Below are positions 38,339-47,261 of a DNA stretch of 64,000 nucleotides, in pieces. Position 1 is the stretch's first letter. Each line of letters starts with the position of its first letter. The DNA comes from Pelobium sp. Its GTDB lineage: Bacteria > Bacteroidota > Bacteroidia > Sphingobacteriales > Sphingobacteriaceae. The stretch spans positions 1,163 to 65,162 of the forward strand of contig DASVGY010000001.1 of NCBI GenBank assembly GCA_036379295.1, written 5' to 3'. A program made the translations under genes and the position numbers. The notes beneath the pieces are model-generated. The model saw only the letters and a list, made by a program, of their open reading frames with translations, was not told the DNA's origin and did no database searches.

Positions 38339-39061
38339 ATGATTCAAAAAACAATAATTACGCTGGGCATTACCGCGTTCGTTTTATCAGCAAGCGCACA
38401 AAGTGCGAAGAAGACACCTGTAAAAAAGACGGTTACGGCCGCAAAAACTGTGGTAACCAAACCAATGACACAAGTCGACTCGGCCAGTTACGCTTTTGGG
38501 TTAAAAATTGCCCAGGGATTAAAGTCTGACGGGGTGAAAAGTTTAAACTACGATTTGCTCAAAAAGGCGATGCAAGATGTTTTTACCGACAAGCCTTTGG
38601 TGGTTGAAGATGAAGTTGCAGGAAAAACCATAGGACAGTTTTTGCAAAAAATAAGTAAAGAAAAATATGCTGGTATAGAAGAGGCTGGCAAAAAATTTTT
38701 AGAGGAAAACAAAAAAAATCCTAAAATTACAACCCTTCCAAGTGGCTTACAATACGAAGTGTTAACTATGGGAACCGGTGCAAAGCCTTTAGCTACGGAT
38801 ACGGTGACCGTTCATTACAAAGGTACTTTGATTGATGGTAAACAGTTTGACAGTTCTTACGACAGAAACGAACCAATATCTTTACCACTAAACGGCGTTA
38901 TCCCCGGTTGGACAGAAGGTGTGCAGCTAATGCCAGTTGGCTCTAAGTTTCGTTTTTACATCCCCTATCAGTTAGGTTATGGAGAAAGAGGTGCAGGACA
39001 AGATATTCCACCTTACAGTACATTGATATTTGATATCGAGCTAATGAAAATTAGCAAATAA
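38339..39061 (+). CDS. FKBP-type peptidyl-prolyl isomerase (FkpA/FklB-like)
   Basis: DSASYAFG, SGLQYEVL, VHYKG, FDSS, VIPGWTEG, GYG, LIFDIEL. Confidence 0.95.
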   Translation: MIQKTIITLGITAFVLSASAQSAKKTPVKKTVTAAKTVVTKPMTQVDSASYAFGLKIAQGLKSDGVKSLNYDLLKKAMQDVFTDKPLVVEDEVAGKTIGQFLQKISKEKYAGIEEAGKKFLEENKKNPKITTLPSGLQYEVLTMGTGAKPLATDTVTVHYKGTLIDGKQFDSSYDRNEPISLPLNGVIPGWTEGVQLMPVGSKFRFYIPYQLGYGERGAGQDIPPYSTLIFDIELMKISK

Positions 39062-39081
39062 ATTTTATCAGTTGGCAAAAG

Positions 39082-39117
39082 AAAACCGGGAATTTTAGCT
39101 ATTCCCGGTTTTTTTTT
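39082..39117 (+). terminator. Intrinsic terminator after FKBP
   Basis: AAAACCGGGAAT…ATTCCCGGTTTT plus a T run. Confidence 0.8.
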
Positions 39118-39153
39118 ATGAAACAAACTTAAATTAACTCAAGCATTTTTGGA

Positions 39154-39696
39154 ATGAACAATCCGGATTTAGAGTTTACAGAAATTTACCAGAAATACAG
39201 TAAGTTGGTGTACAACTTAAGTTTGAGTTATTTGCAAAACAAAAACGACGCACAAGATATAACGCAAGAAGTTTTTATAAAAATCCATCAAAAATTACAT
39301 CAATTCAACCGCCAGAAAGCATCCGTAAAAACGTGGATATACAAAATCACTATTAACCATTGTTTGGATTTTATTAAAGCAAAACAAACCACTAAACGCT
39401 TTGCTTTTATTACAAAACTATTTAGCGCCGAATCAAATTCACCCGAAAATGATATACCTCATTTTGACCACCCTGGCGTACGCTTAGAAAACAAAGAGCA
39501 GCTCAGCATACTTTTTGAGCAAATTAATAAACTCCCCCCACAACAGAAAACGGTTATCATCTTACTAAAAGTTGAACAGCAAAATCAGAAAGAAACAGCC
39601 GAGATTATGGGGCTTTCGATTAAAGCGGTTGAAAGCCTTTTTATACGAGCTAAAAAAAACTTGTTAAAAAAGTTAGATCAAAACGAAGGATTTTAA
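39154..39696 (+). CDS. ECF RNA polymerase sigma factor
   Basis: DAQDITQEVFIK, KTWIYKITINHCLD (region 2); LPPQQK…ETAEIMG…VESLFIRAK (region 4). Confidence 0.92.
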   Translation: MNNPDLEFTEIYQKYSKLVYNLSLSYLQNKNDAQDITQEVFIKIHQKLHQFNRQKASVKTWIYKITINHCLDFIKAKQTTKRFAFITKLFSAESNSPENDIPHFDHPGVRLENKEQLSILFEQINKLPPQQKTVIILLKVEQQNQKETAEIMGLSIKAVESLFIRAKKNLLKKLDQNEGF

Positions 39697-39720
39697 AATC
39701 GTTGTCGTAAAAGACAATAA

Positions 39721-39999
39721 ATGGAAAATAAATTGGATTTTTTGGGCAAGATAGAAAAAGTAAACGTACCTCCGTTTTTGTACACCCGTATTTTACACAA
39801 ACTGCAAAACGGGCAGCAAACGGTAATTTCGCCCGTAAAGCAATGGGGATTGGCCTTTGCCTTTTTAATGTTAGTAGCTTTAAATGTAAGCATACTTGCT
39901 AAAAACTATACTAGCGGCAAGTACAAAAACGAAACAGAAAATTTGGCAAAAAGCTTAGGATTAAATAGCAATAACAACCTATATAATGACCAAAATTAA
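39721..39999 (+). CDS. Small single-TM protein, probable anti-sigma factor
   Basis: PPFLYTRI motif, one TM helix, directly after the ECF gene. Confidence 0.6.
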   Translation: MENKLDFLGKIEKVNVPPFLYTRILHKLQNGQQTVISPVKQWGLAFAFLMLVALNVSILAKNYTSGKYKNETENLAKSLGLNSNNNLYNDQN

Positions 40000-40447
40000 C
40001 ATACTTACTTTTGCTGTTATTGCGCTTTTTGTGCTAAATATGGCTACCATTGGCTTCCTGGTTTTTACAAATCCTGCTATACACTCAAATAACAACGAGG
40101 GTCCCAAAAACATCATCATCAAAAAACTTCATTTTAATGAAGCGCAAACTGAACAGTACCAATTGTTGATTGATGAACACCAAGAGCAAATGAGAGCGCT
40201 ACGCAATCAATTAAAAGAAACAAAGCAGGAACTCTACAGCACCTTAAACCACCAAAATTTAGTACTTAGCGATAGTTTAATTTCCAAAATCGCGTTAATA
40301 AATACGGAAATTGAAAAGTTAAATTATCATCATTTTGAGCAGATAAAAAAATTGTGTAAGCCCGATCAACAAAAATATTTTGCAACATTAACAGCAGAGC
40401 TTTCTAGCCTCTTTAGCCCAGATAAAAACCCTCCCCCACACCAATAA
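39986..40447 (+). CDS. Spy/CpxP/ZraP-like periplasmic helical protein
   Basis: N-terminal TM, LHFNEAQ and CKPDQQ (LTxxQ-like) motifs flanking a coiled coil; several His. Confidence 0.7.
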   Translation: MTKINILTFAVIALFVLNMATIGFLVFTNPAIHSNNNEGPKNIIIKKLHFNEAQTEQYQLLIDEHQEQMRALRNQLKETKQELYSTLNHQNLVLSDSLISKIALINTEIEKLNYHHFEQIKKLCKPDQQKYFATLTAELSSLFSPDKNPPPHQ

Positions 40448-40457
40448 TTTTAACATC

Positions 40458-41219
40458 ATGAAAAAGAAAATCCTTTTATCATCGGTAATTGCGGCTGCAA
40501 TTATCACCGTTAGCCTAAGCTGTAAAAAATCGGCAAATGCTGGCGGAAACAATGATAGCGCAGAAATTCCGGCAATTTACAAACGAGTTTACGGCGCATC
40601 CAGTATCACCTCAGACGGAACCTTTATCACCATAAAAACAAGTGGCCTGCCAGATCATAAAAGTGAGTACTACGCAGCAAACAACCCGCTTTACGAAGCT
40701 TACACAGGTACCACATTTACTGGCGCAACATTTAGAAAAAACCCAAATACCATTTCCGCACAAAACTACACTTTTAAAATTCCGCTCAATCCCAAAGTAA
40801 ACACAAACCACGCATCAACTCCATTAGGGCCAATTGGTGTTGCGTTAAATGGGGTGCCATTTTTTAATCAGTACGCAGGGCCAAACCAACCTTTAACCAA
40901 CGAAGTTGTAAGTTTCGACCAATATTACGGTCACCCACAACAATCAGGGCAATACCATTACCATGTTGAACCGCTGTATTTAACCCGCAACAAGTTTACA
41001 AAAGCAGCTTTGTTGGGCTTTTTATTAGATGGATTTCCGGTTTACGGGCCAGAAGAAAACGGCAAGGCAGTTGCAAACACAGATTTGGATGCCTACCACG
41101 GACATACCACTGTAACAGCAGATTACCCTAACGGGATTTACCATTATCATATCACAGATGCAGACCCATACATTAACGGTAGCGGATTTTATGGCACAGC
41201 CGGTACGGTTAGTCAATAG
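40458..41219 (+). CDS. YHYH-domain lipoprotein
   Basis: Lipobox SLSC, LPDH, GPIGVALNGV, GHP…YHYH, DGFPVYGP, YHGH, second YHYH. Confidence 0.88.
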   Translation: MKKKILLSSVIAAAIITVSLSCKKSANAGGNNDSAEIPAIYKRVYGASSITSDGTFITIKTSGLPDHKSEYYAANNPLYEAYTGTTFTGATFRKNPNTISAQNYTFKIPLNPKVNTNHASTPLGPIGVALNGVPFFNQYAGPNQPLTNEVVSFDQYYGHPQQSGQYHYHVEPLYLTRNKFTKAALLGFLLDGFPVYGPEENGKAVANTDLDAYHGHTTVTADYPNGIYHYHITDADPYINGSGFYGTAGTVSQ

Positions 41220-41781
41220 TTGTTGTGTTTTACTGATTTTTTGCTTTTTTAGTTGCAAACCTAGCCCTAAAAATATAAGCAAAAGCAAGGCAGTAAAAAT
41301 CGAAGAAACTAAGCTGGAGAATATCAACGGGTTAATCTTTTTTGAATCCAAGCCATATAGCGGTAAGGTTTTTACGCTTTACCCAAACAGTACAGATACT
41401 GCAGAAATTAAGAGTTACCTAAACGGTAAAGAAGACGGAACATGGACTAAATACTTTGTAAATGGAAAACTAAAAGAGCAACGCTTTTTTAAAAACGGTT
41501 TAAAAGAAGGCGAATATTTAGCGTGGTGGCCAAATGGAAAAAAGCAGCTTCAGTTTCATTTTGTAAATGATGAATATGAAGGAACATGTAGCCAATGGAA
41601 CCAATACGGAAGATTAATACAAAAAATGAATTACCGCAAAGGTTACGAAGAAGGCAGGCAACAAATGTTTTACGATAACGGAAAAGTTAGATCTAACTAT
41701 GTAATAAAAAACGGGCGGAGATTTGGTTTACTGGGCACTAAAAATTGTATAAATGCATCAGACAGTGTGTTTAAAAAATAG
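41191..41781 (+). CDS. MORN-variant repeat lipoprotein (YwqK-like fold)
   Basis: Lipobox FSC; repeats of the form G-K/L-x-x-G-x-x-x-x-Y/W-x-x-NG; C-terminal GTKNC. Start uncertain (41158 or 41191). Confidence 0.8.
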   Translation: MAQPVRLVNSCCVLLIFCFFSCKPSPKNISKSKAVKIEETKLENINGLIFFESKPYSGKVFTLYPNSTDTAEIKSYLNGKEDGTWTKYFVNGKLKEQRFFKNGLKEGEYLAWWPNGKKQLQFHFVNDEYEGTCSQWNQYGRLIQKMNYRKGYEEGRQQMFYDNGKVRSNYVIKNGRRFGLLGTKNCINASDSVFKK

Positions 41782-42415
41782 CATGGCTTTTTTATTGGGC
41801 ATTTGCCTTTTGTTGGCCTGTGCCGATAAAAAAAAGACGGAGGAGATACCCTACTACAATTCGCCGGATTTTACGCCAATTTTTATTGCTGATGAAGGCG
41901 TTGTTGCGCAAAAAATCCCTCATCAAATTGCTGATTTTTGCTTTATCGACCAAAACGGCGTAAAGGTTTCGCAAAAAAACATTGAAGGGAAAATACATGT
42001 TGCAAATTTTGTGTTTACCAGCTGCGGAAGCATTTGCCCCGTGATGACTAAAAACTTGAAGATATTAAGTAATCAATTTAAAAATGATAAAAAGGTAATC
42101 ATACTTTCTTATAGCGTAACACCCTGGATTGATGATGTAAAACGCTTAGCTGCTTACACCAAAGCCAACAAAATAAGCAATCCTAATTGGCATTTTTTAA
42201 CTGGAAGTAAGGCAGCCATTTATACGCTTGCCAGAAAATCATATTTTGCCGAAGAAGATTTAGGGTTCACAAAAGACAGCACAGATTTTTTACATACAGA
42301 ACATATTCTGCTGGTTGATAACAACAAAAGAATTAGAGGCGTTTACAACGGTACATTACAATTAGAAGTTGAACAATTAATTAAAGACATCAAAAGCCTA
42401 GAAACGAAAAACTAA
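41753..42415 (+). CDS. SCO1/SenC family lipoprotein
   Basis: Lipobox LAC, FTSCGSICP (CxxxC), D-x-x-D, WHFLTG, conserved His in FLHTE, IRGVYNG. Confidence 0.92.
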   Translation: MHQTVCLKNSMAFLLGICLLLACADKKKTEEIPYYNSPDFTPIFIADEGVVAQKIPHQIADFCFIDQNGVKVSQKNIEGKIHVANFVFTSCGSICPVMTKNLKILSNQFKNDKKVIILSYSVTPWIDDVKRLAAYTKANKISNPNWHFLTGSKAAIYTLARKSYFAEEDLGFTKDSTDFLHTEHILLVDNNKRIRGVYNGTLQLEVEQLIKDIKSLETKN

Positions 42416-42626
42416 GTTTACCACTAAAATTAGCATGAAAATTTTGGCTAGTTTACCACCTTCTTAACATCATCATCCGTAGCTTAACGTTTACCTTAAT
42501 TACCCACGGTAAAGCTAGCCCTTGCCTTAATATTCTGTTATGTCAAAATATTTTTTAATATTAGCCAATTGAGCAGCTAAGAATTACTTATGCGCTAATT
42601 TTATACTTAACCCCTTACTTTACATC

Positions 42627-43772
42627 GTGATTCATTTTTCTTCTAAGTTGCCCCAAACCCCAAATTCTATTTTTTCTGAGATGAGCGCACTTGCAATTAA
42701 GCATAATGCGGTTAATTTATCACAAGGTTTTCCAGATTATGATATAGACCCCGAGCTAATTACAATGGTAAATGAGGAAATGCAAAAAGGAAACAACCAA
42801 TACGCACCTATGGCGGGGGTATTGGCGCTTAGAGAAACTATATCAGAAAAAACCGAGGCTTTACACAACTCATATTACTCGCCAGAAACAGAAATTACCA
42901 TTACCGCAGGCGGCACCCAAGCAATTTATACGGCCATTGCTACGGTAATAAAATCTAACGACGAAGCCATCATTTTTGAACCCGCTTTTGATTGTTACGC
43001 ACCAATTGTTAAAAGTTTTGGTGGCTTGGTTAAATCTTACGAGATGGCGCCGCCTTTTTATGATATCGACTGGAGCATGGTAAAGCGCTTAGTTACAGCA
43101 AACACCAAACTAATTATCATTAATTCGCCTCAAAACCCATGCGGTCGTATTTTAAAAGAAGAAGATATTAAGCAGTTAAAAATTATTACACAAAACACCG
43201 ATATATTAATCATTAGCGATGAAGTTTACGAGCATATCATCTTTGATAACCAACAACATTTAAGCCTGTGCCGCTACCCCGAATTAAAAGAACGCACTTT
43301 TATTGCCGCCAGCTTTGGCAAGTTATTTCATTGCACTGGCTGGAAAATTGGGTATTGCATGGCACCAGAAATGCTGATGAAAGAGTTCAGAAAAATTCAT
43401 CAGTTTTTAGTTTTTAGCGTTAACACGCCCATCCAACACGCCTTTTATCGCTATTTAGATGAAAAAAAATCCTATCTGGAACTTTCCGACTTTTTTCAAC
43501 GAAAACGCGACCTATTCAGGACGCTTTTAAGCCCATCTAAGTTTACCTTGTTACGGTGCGAGGGTTCTTATTTCCAAAATGTTAGCTATGAAAATATATC
43601 CGACGAAAAAGACGTTGATATAGCCATACGTTTGATTAAAGATTTTAAAGTTGCTGCCATACCTAATTCTAGCTTTTACACTAAAAACACCAATTTTAAA
43701 ACATTAAGATTTTGCTTTGCCAAAAAAAATGAAACATTAGAAAAAGCTGCGGAATTTTTAAGCAGAATTTAA
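42627..43772 (+). CDS. ybdL: Methionine/glutamine aminotransferase, YbdL-like
   Basis: SKLP…IFSEMS, NLSQGFPD, SDEVYEH, SFGKLFHCTGWKIGY, RFCFAK. Confidence 0.88.
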   Translation: MIHFSSKLPQTPNSIFSEMSALAIKHNAVNLSQGFPDYDIDPELITMVNEEMQKGNNQYAPMAGVLALRETISEKTEALHNSYYSPETEITITAGGTQAIYTAIATVIKSNDEAIIFEPAFDCYAPIVKSFGGLVKSYEMAPPFYDIDWSMVKRLVTANTKLIIINSPQNPCGRILKEEDIKQLKIITQNTDILIISDEVYEHIIFDNQQHLSLCRYPELKERTFIAASFGKLFHCTGWKIGYCMAPEMLMKEFRKIHQFLVFSVNTPIQHAFYRYLDEKKSYLELSDFFQRKRDLFRTLLSPSKFTLLRCEGSYFQNVSYENISDEKDVDIAIRLIKDFKVAAIPNSSFYTKNTNFKTLRFCFAKKNETLEKAAEFLSRI

Positions 43773-43809
43773 ACTTACACCTCAATTGTTAGTATAAACA
43801 AATAATACC

Positions 43810-44586
43810 ATGAATGCATTAAAAATAACGCTTGTACAAGCCTATCTGTTCTGGGAAAACATCGATAAAAACCTGCACAACCTAAGCCTTAAGCTCGCAG
43901 CAATTAGAGAAAAAACCGACCTCATTGTTCTTCCAGAAATGTTTACCACCGGCTTTACCATGAATGCCGAATTGTTGGCAGAAGATATGAATGGCAAAAC
44001 CATGAAATGGATGCATGAAAAAGCCAACAGATACAACGCTGTTGTTACCGGCACCATAATTATTAAAGAGCAAAATAATTTTTATAACAGATTGATTTGG
44101 ATGAATCCCGATGGAACCTATCAATACTATGATAAAAAGCATTTGTTTGGGATGGCAGAAGAAGAAAAAGTGTACACCGCCGGAAACCAAAAACTAATAG
44201 TTGAATTAAAAGGATGGAAAATAATGCCAGCCATCTGTTATGATTTACGCTTTCCCGTTTGGTTAAGAAACCATGGCCAACTTTACGACTTGCTGCTAAT
44301 TGTTGCTAGCTGGCCCGAGAAAAGGGCACAACATTGGAACACCTTAATCCCCGCCAGGGCTATTGAAAACCAAAGCTATATTATCGCCTTAAACCGCGTT
44401 GGCCATGATGGTAACGAGATTTATTACTGCGGCGACACCACCTGTTTGGACCCGAACGGAAAAGTGGTTTATTATAAAAGAGATGAAGAGGACGTTTACA
44501 CCTTTACTATTTACAAAGAGGAAGTTGAAAAAACGCGTGAGCTTATGCCTTTTTTAAAAGATGCTGATAACTTTAAACTCATTTAA
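43810..44586 (+). CDS. yafV: Omega-amidase YafV (nitrilase family)
   Basis: LPEMFTTGF, YDKKHLF, CYDLRFP, RAIENQ; paired with ybdL. Confidence 0.88.
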   Translation: MNALKITLVQAYLFWENIDKNLHNLSLKLAAIREKTDLIVLPEMFTTGFTMNAELLAEDMNGKTMKWMHEKANRYNAVVTGTIIIKEQNNFYNRLIWMNPDGTYQYYDKKHLFGMAEEEKVYTAGNQKLIVELKGWKIMPAICYDLRFPVWLRNHGQLYDLLLIVASWPEKRAQHWNTLIPARAIENQSYIIALNRVGHDGNEIYYCGDTTCLDPNGKVVYYKRDEEDVYTFTIYKEEVEKTRELMPFLKDADNFKLI

Positions 44587-44666
44587 TTTAGCAGGCAATC
44601 CAATTGTTAAATAGTGTTAAATCTGCTATAAACGCCCGTTTTTCAAATTATCTGAAAAACAAAATT

Positions 44667-44674
44667 TATATTTG
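44667..44674 (+). promoter_or_regulatory. sigma-A -7 element (TATATTTG) for PBP1A
   Basis: TAnnTTTG match about 60 nt upstream of the ATG. Confidence 0.5.
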
Positions 44675-44735
44675 TTACAACCTTTTCACTCCGTTTTTAT
44701 TCGGTATTATCGATTAAACGGCTACAAGTAATTAT

Positions 44736-47216
44736 ATGTTTAAAGAAATCCGCAATAAGGCACTAAGGTACACCGTCATTTTTATTTATTTCATCATCTT
44801 GTTTTTCTGTGCTTTAGAGGTAAATTTTTTGGGCCTTTTTGGTTATTCGCCAGCAAAAAAAGATATCAAATTTCCCTCGCTCAATATATCTTCAGAAGTT
44901 TATACTGCCGATAGCGTTTTAATAGGCAAATACTACACAGAAAACAGAACACCAGTTAGCTTTAAAGAAATAAATAAAAACCTGATTAATGCTTTAGTAG
45001 CCACAGAAGACGTTCGGTTTTTTAAACATAACGGGGTTGATTTTTTTTCGGTCTTTTCTGGCCTGGTATCCACTGCAACAGGCGATAAACGTGGCGGAAG
45101 CACCATTACCCAGCAATTAGCTAAAAATTTATACCGCACCCGCTTAAATAAATCGCAAGGTTTAGTTAGCAAAATACCGCTTTTGCGTACCCTAATATCA
45201 AAAATCAAAGAATGGATAACGGCCTACAAATTAGAAAGCAATTATACCAAGCAGGATATCATTACCATGTACTTAAACACGGTTCCCTTCGGTAACAACT
45301 CTTACGGCATCAACACGGCATCAAAACACTATTTTAACAAATCGGTTAGCGATATAAACCTACAAGAATCGGCAACTTTGGTGGGGATGTTAAAGGCCAC
45401 CTCAACGTATAACCCCATCAAAAATCCCGAAGAGTCAAAAAAAAGACGTAACGTAGTGCTGTCACAAATGCAGAAGTACAACTTTATTACGCCCGCACAA
45501 TACAAGCAAGCCTCATCAACCAAAATTGTACTTGACTTAGGAAAAGACACGGGAAAAAACGACGGAGACTCTTACCTGAGGGCCGCGGTAGCGAAATGGT
45601 TGGATAAGTGGTGCGAGGAAAACGACTATAACCTTTACGAAGATGGATTAAAAATTTACACCACCATTGACTCTAAACTTCAAAAATATGCCGAAGAAGC
45701 CGTTCATGAGCAAATGAAAACCCTACAAAAAAGATTTTACAACGTATGGGGCGATGAAGAACCCTGGAGAGACTCAAACGGTGTAATTATTGAGGATTTT
45801 GTTCAAAAAAATTTGGAACGCCTACCTTGGTACAAGGCACTTGCAAGAGCATTAGAAGACAAGCCTGATTCTTTGGATGCTTTCTTAAACAAGAAAAAGA
45901 AAATGACGGTTTTTGCGTGGGATGGGGATAAAGAAGTGGAATTTTCTACCATTGATTCTATAAAATACTACGCAAAAATTTTGAACACCGGTATGATGAC
46001 GTTAGATCCCTTTACCGGCAAAATTAAAGTTTGGGTAGGCGGTATTGATCATACGCACTTTAAATATGACCACGTTAACCAATCCAAAAGACAGGCGGGT
46101 TCAACATTTAAGCCTTTTGCGTATTTAGCTGCTATCGAAAGCGGAATTGACCCCTGCGATAAATTTACCGACAAACCCGTTAGCATAAAATACATGGACG
46201 GTGGAAAAGAAGAAGTTTGGGAACCAAAAAATGCCGATTGGAACTTTAGCTATCGCGAAATGTCTTTGCGTTGGGCAATGGCAAAATCGGTAAACTCTAT
46301 CACCGCTCAAATTACCGAAAAGGTTGGCTGGGACAAAGTGGTAGAATATGCGCATAAATGTGGTATCGAAAGCAAGCTAAAATCCGTACCGTCTGTTAGC
46401 TTAGGCCCTAATGATGTTTCTGTTTTTGAGATGGTAAAAGCTTACGGAACCTTTTTAAACCAAGGAAAAAAAGTAGACCCAATTTTGGTAGAAACAATAA
46501 CCGACCAAGATGGGCATGTAATTGAGAAATTTAAAGCCAAACAAACCGAAGTGCTATCCAAAGAAATAGCCTGGCTGATGTTATATATGTTTAGGGGAGG
46601 AATGGAAGAACCGGGAGGAACATCGCAGGCGCTTTGGGAATGGGATTTATGGAAAAAAAACAACCAAATAGGTGGAAAAACCGGCACTTCATCTGATTAT
46701 GTTGATGGCTGGTATATGGGAATTACAAAAGATTTAGTTACTGGAGTTTGGGTAGGTGCAGATGACCGTAGCGTTCATTTTAAAACATCAGAAACTGGCG
46801 AAGGCTCAAGAACGGCCTTACCAATTTTTGCTAAGTTTATGGAAAAAGTTTACAAGGACCCTACCACAGGAATAACAGAGGGACCTTTTCCAAAACCCGA
46901 AGTAGAAATAACCCGTAAATACAACTGTGTATCGCCAAGGATTGTGGTGGATACCAATTCTGTTGACACTACTGCCGTGGACTCGCTTAATGCGGAGCAG
47001 CAACTAGAAGATGGTGTAATTATTGATGAACAAACAGAAGTAAAACCCTCAGCAGATAAGGTAATTGACAAAAATGCCGAAGGAAAAAAAGACAAAAAAC
47101 CAGTCACCGACCCGCAAAAGGAAGTAAAAACAAAACCTGCTGATGAGGAAGAACTAACAAAACGCGAGCTTAGAAAATTAAAAAGAGAAAAAGAGCGTGA
47201 AAACCGCAATAATTAA
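44736..47216 (+). CDS. Class A penicillin-binding protein (PBP1A-like)
   Basis: EDVRF, GGSTITQQLAKNL (transglycosylase); STFK, SVN, KTG (transpeptidase). Confidence 0.95.
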   Translation: MFKEIRNKALRYTVIFIYFIILFFCALEVNFLGLFGYSPAKKDIKFPSLNISSEVYTADSVLIGKYYTENRTPVSFKEINKNLINALVATEDVRFFKHNGVDFFSVFSGLVSTATGDKRGGSTITQQLAKNLYRTRLNKSQGLVSKIPLLRTLISKIKEWITAYKLESNYTKQDIITMYLNTVPFGNNSYGINTASKHYFNKSVSDINLQESATLVGMLKATSTYNPIKNPEESKKRRNVVLSQMQKYNFITPAQYKQASSTKIVLDLGKDTGKNDGDSYLRAAVAKWLDKWCEENDYNLYEDGLKIYTTIDSKLQKYAEEAVHEQMKTLQKRFYNVWGDEEPWRDSNGVIIEDFVQKNLERLPWYKALARALEDKPDSLDAFLNKKKKMTVFAWDGDKEVEFSTIDSIKYYAKILNTGMMTLDPFTGKIKVWVGGIDHTHFKYDHVNQSKRQAGSTFKPFAYLAAIESGIDPCDKFTDKPVSIKYMDGGKEEVWEPKNADWNFSYREMSLRWAMAKSVNSITAQITEKVGWDKVVEYAHKCGIESKLKSVPSVSLGPNDVSVFEMVKAYGTFLNQGKKVDPILVETITDQDGHVIEKFKAKQTEVLSKEIAWLMLYMFRGGMEEPGGTSQALWEWDLWKKNNQIGGKTGTSSDYVDGWYMGITKDLVTGVWVGADDRSVHFKTSETGEGSRTALPIFAKFMEKVYKDPTTGITEGPFPKPEVEITRKYNCVSPRIVVDTNSVDTTAVDSLNAEQQLEDGVIIDEQTEVKPSADKVIDKNAEGKKDKKPVTDPQKEVKTKPADEEELTKRELRKLKREKERENRNN

Positions 47217-47261
47217 TTTAAAAAAACGCCGCATCCTTGTTGTAGGCGCTAATTTATAACT

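Noticed and set aside
41191-41781. Toxin-antitoxin system implied by the YwqK-like fold
   Set aside because: No toxin gene is adjacent; the protein is a lipoprotein made of generic MORN-variant repeats inside the YHYH-SCO operon.
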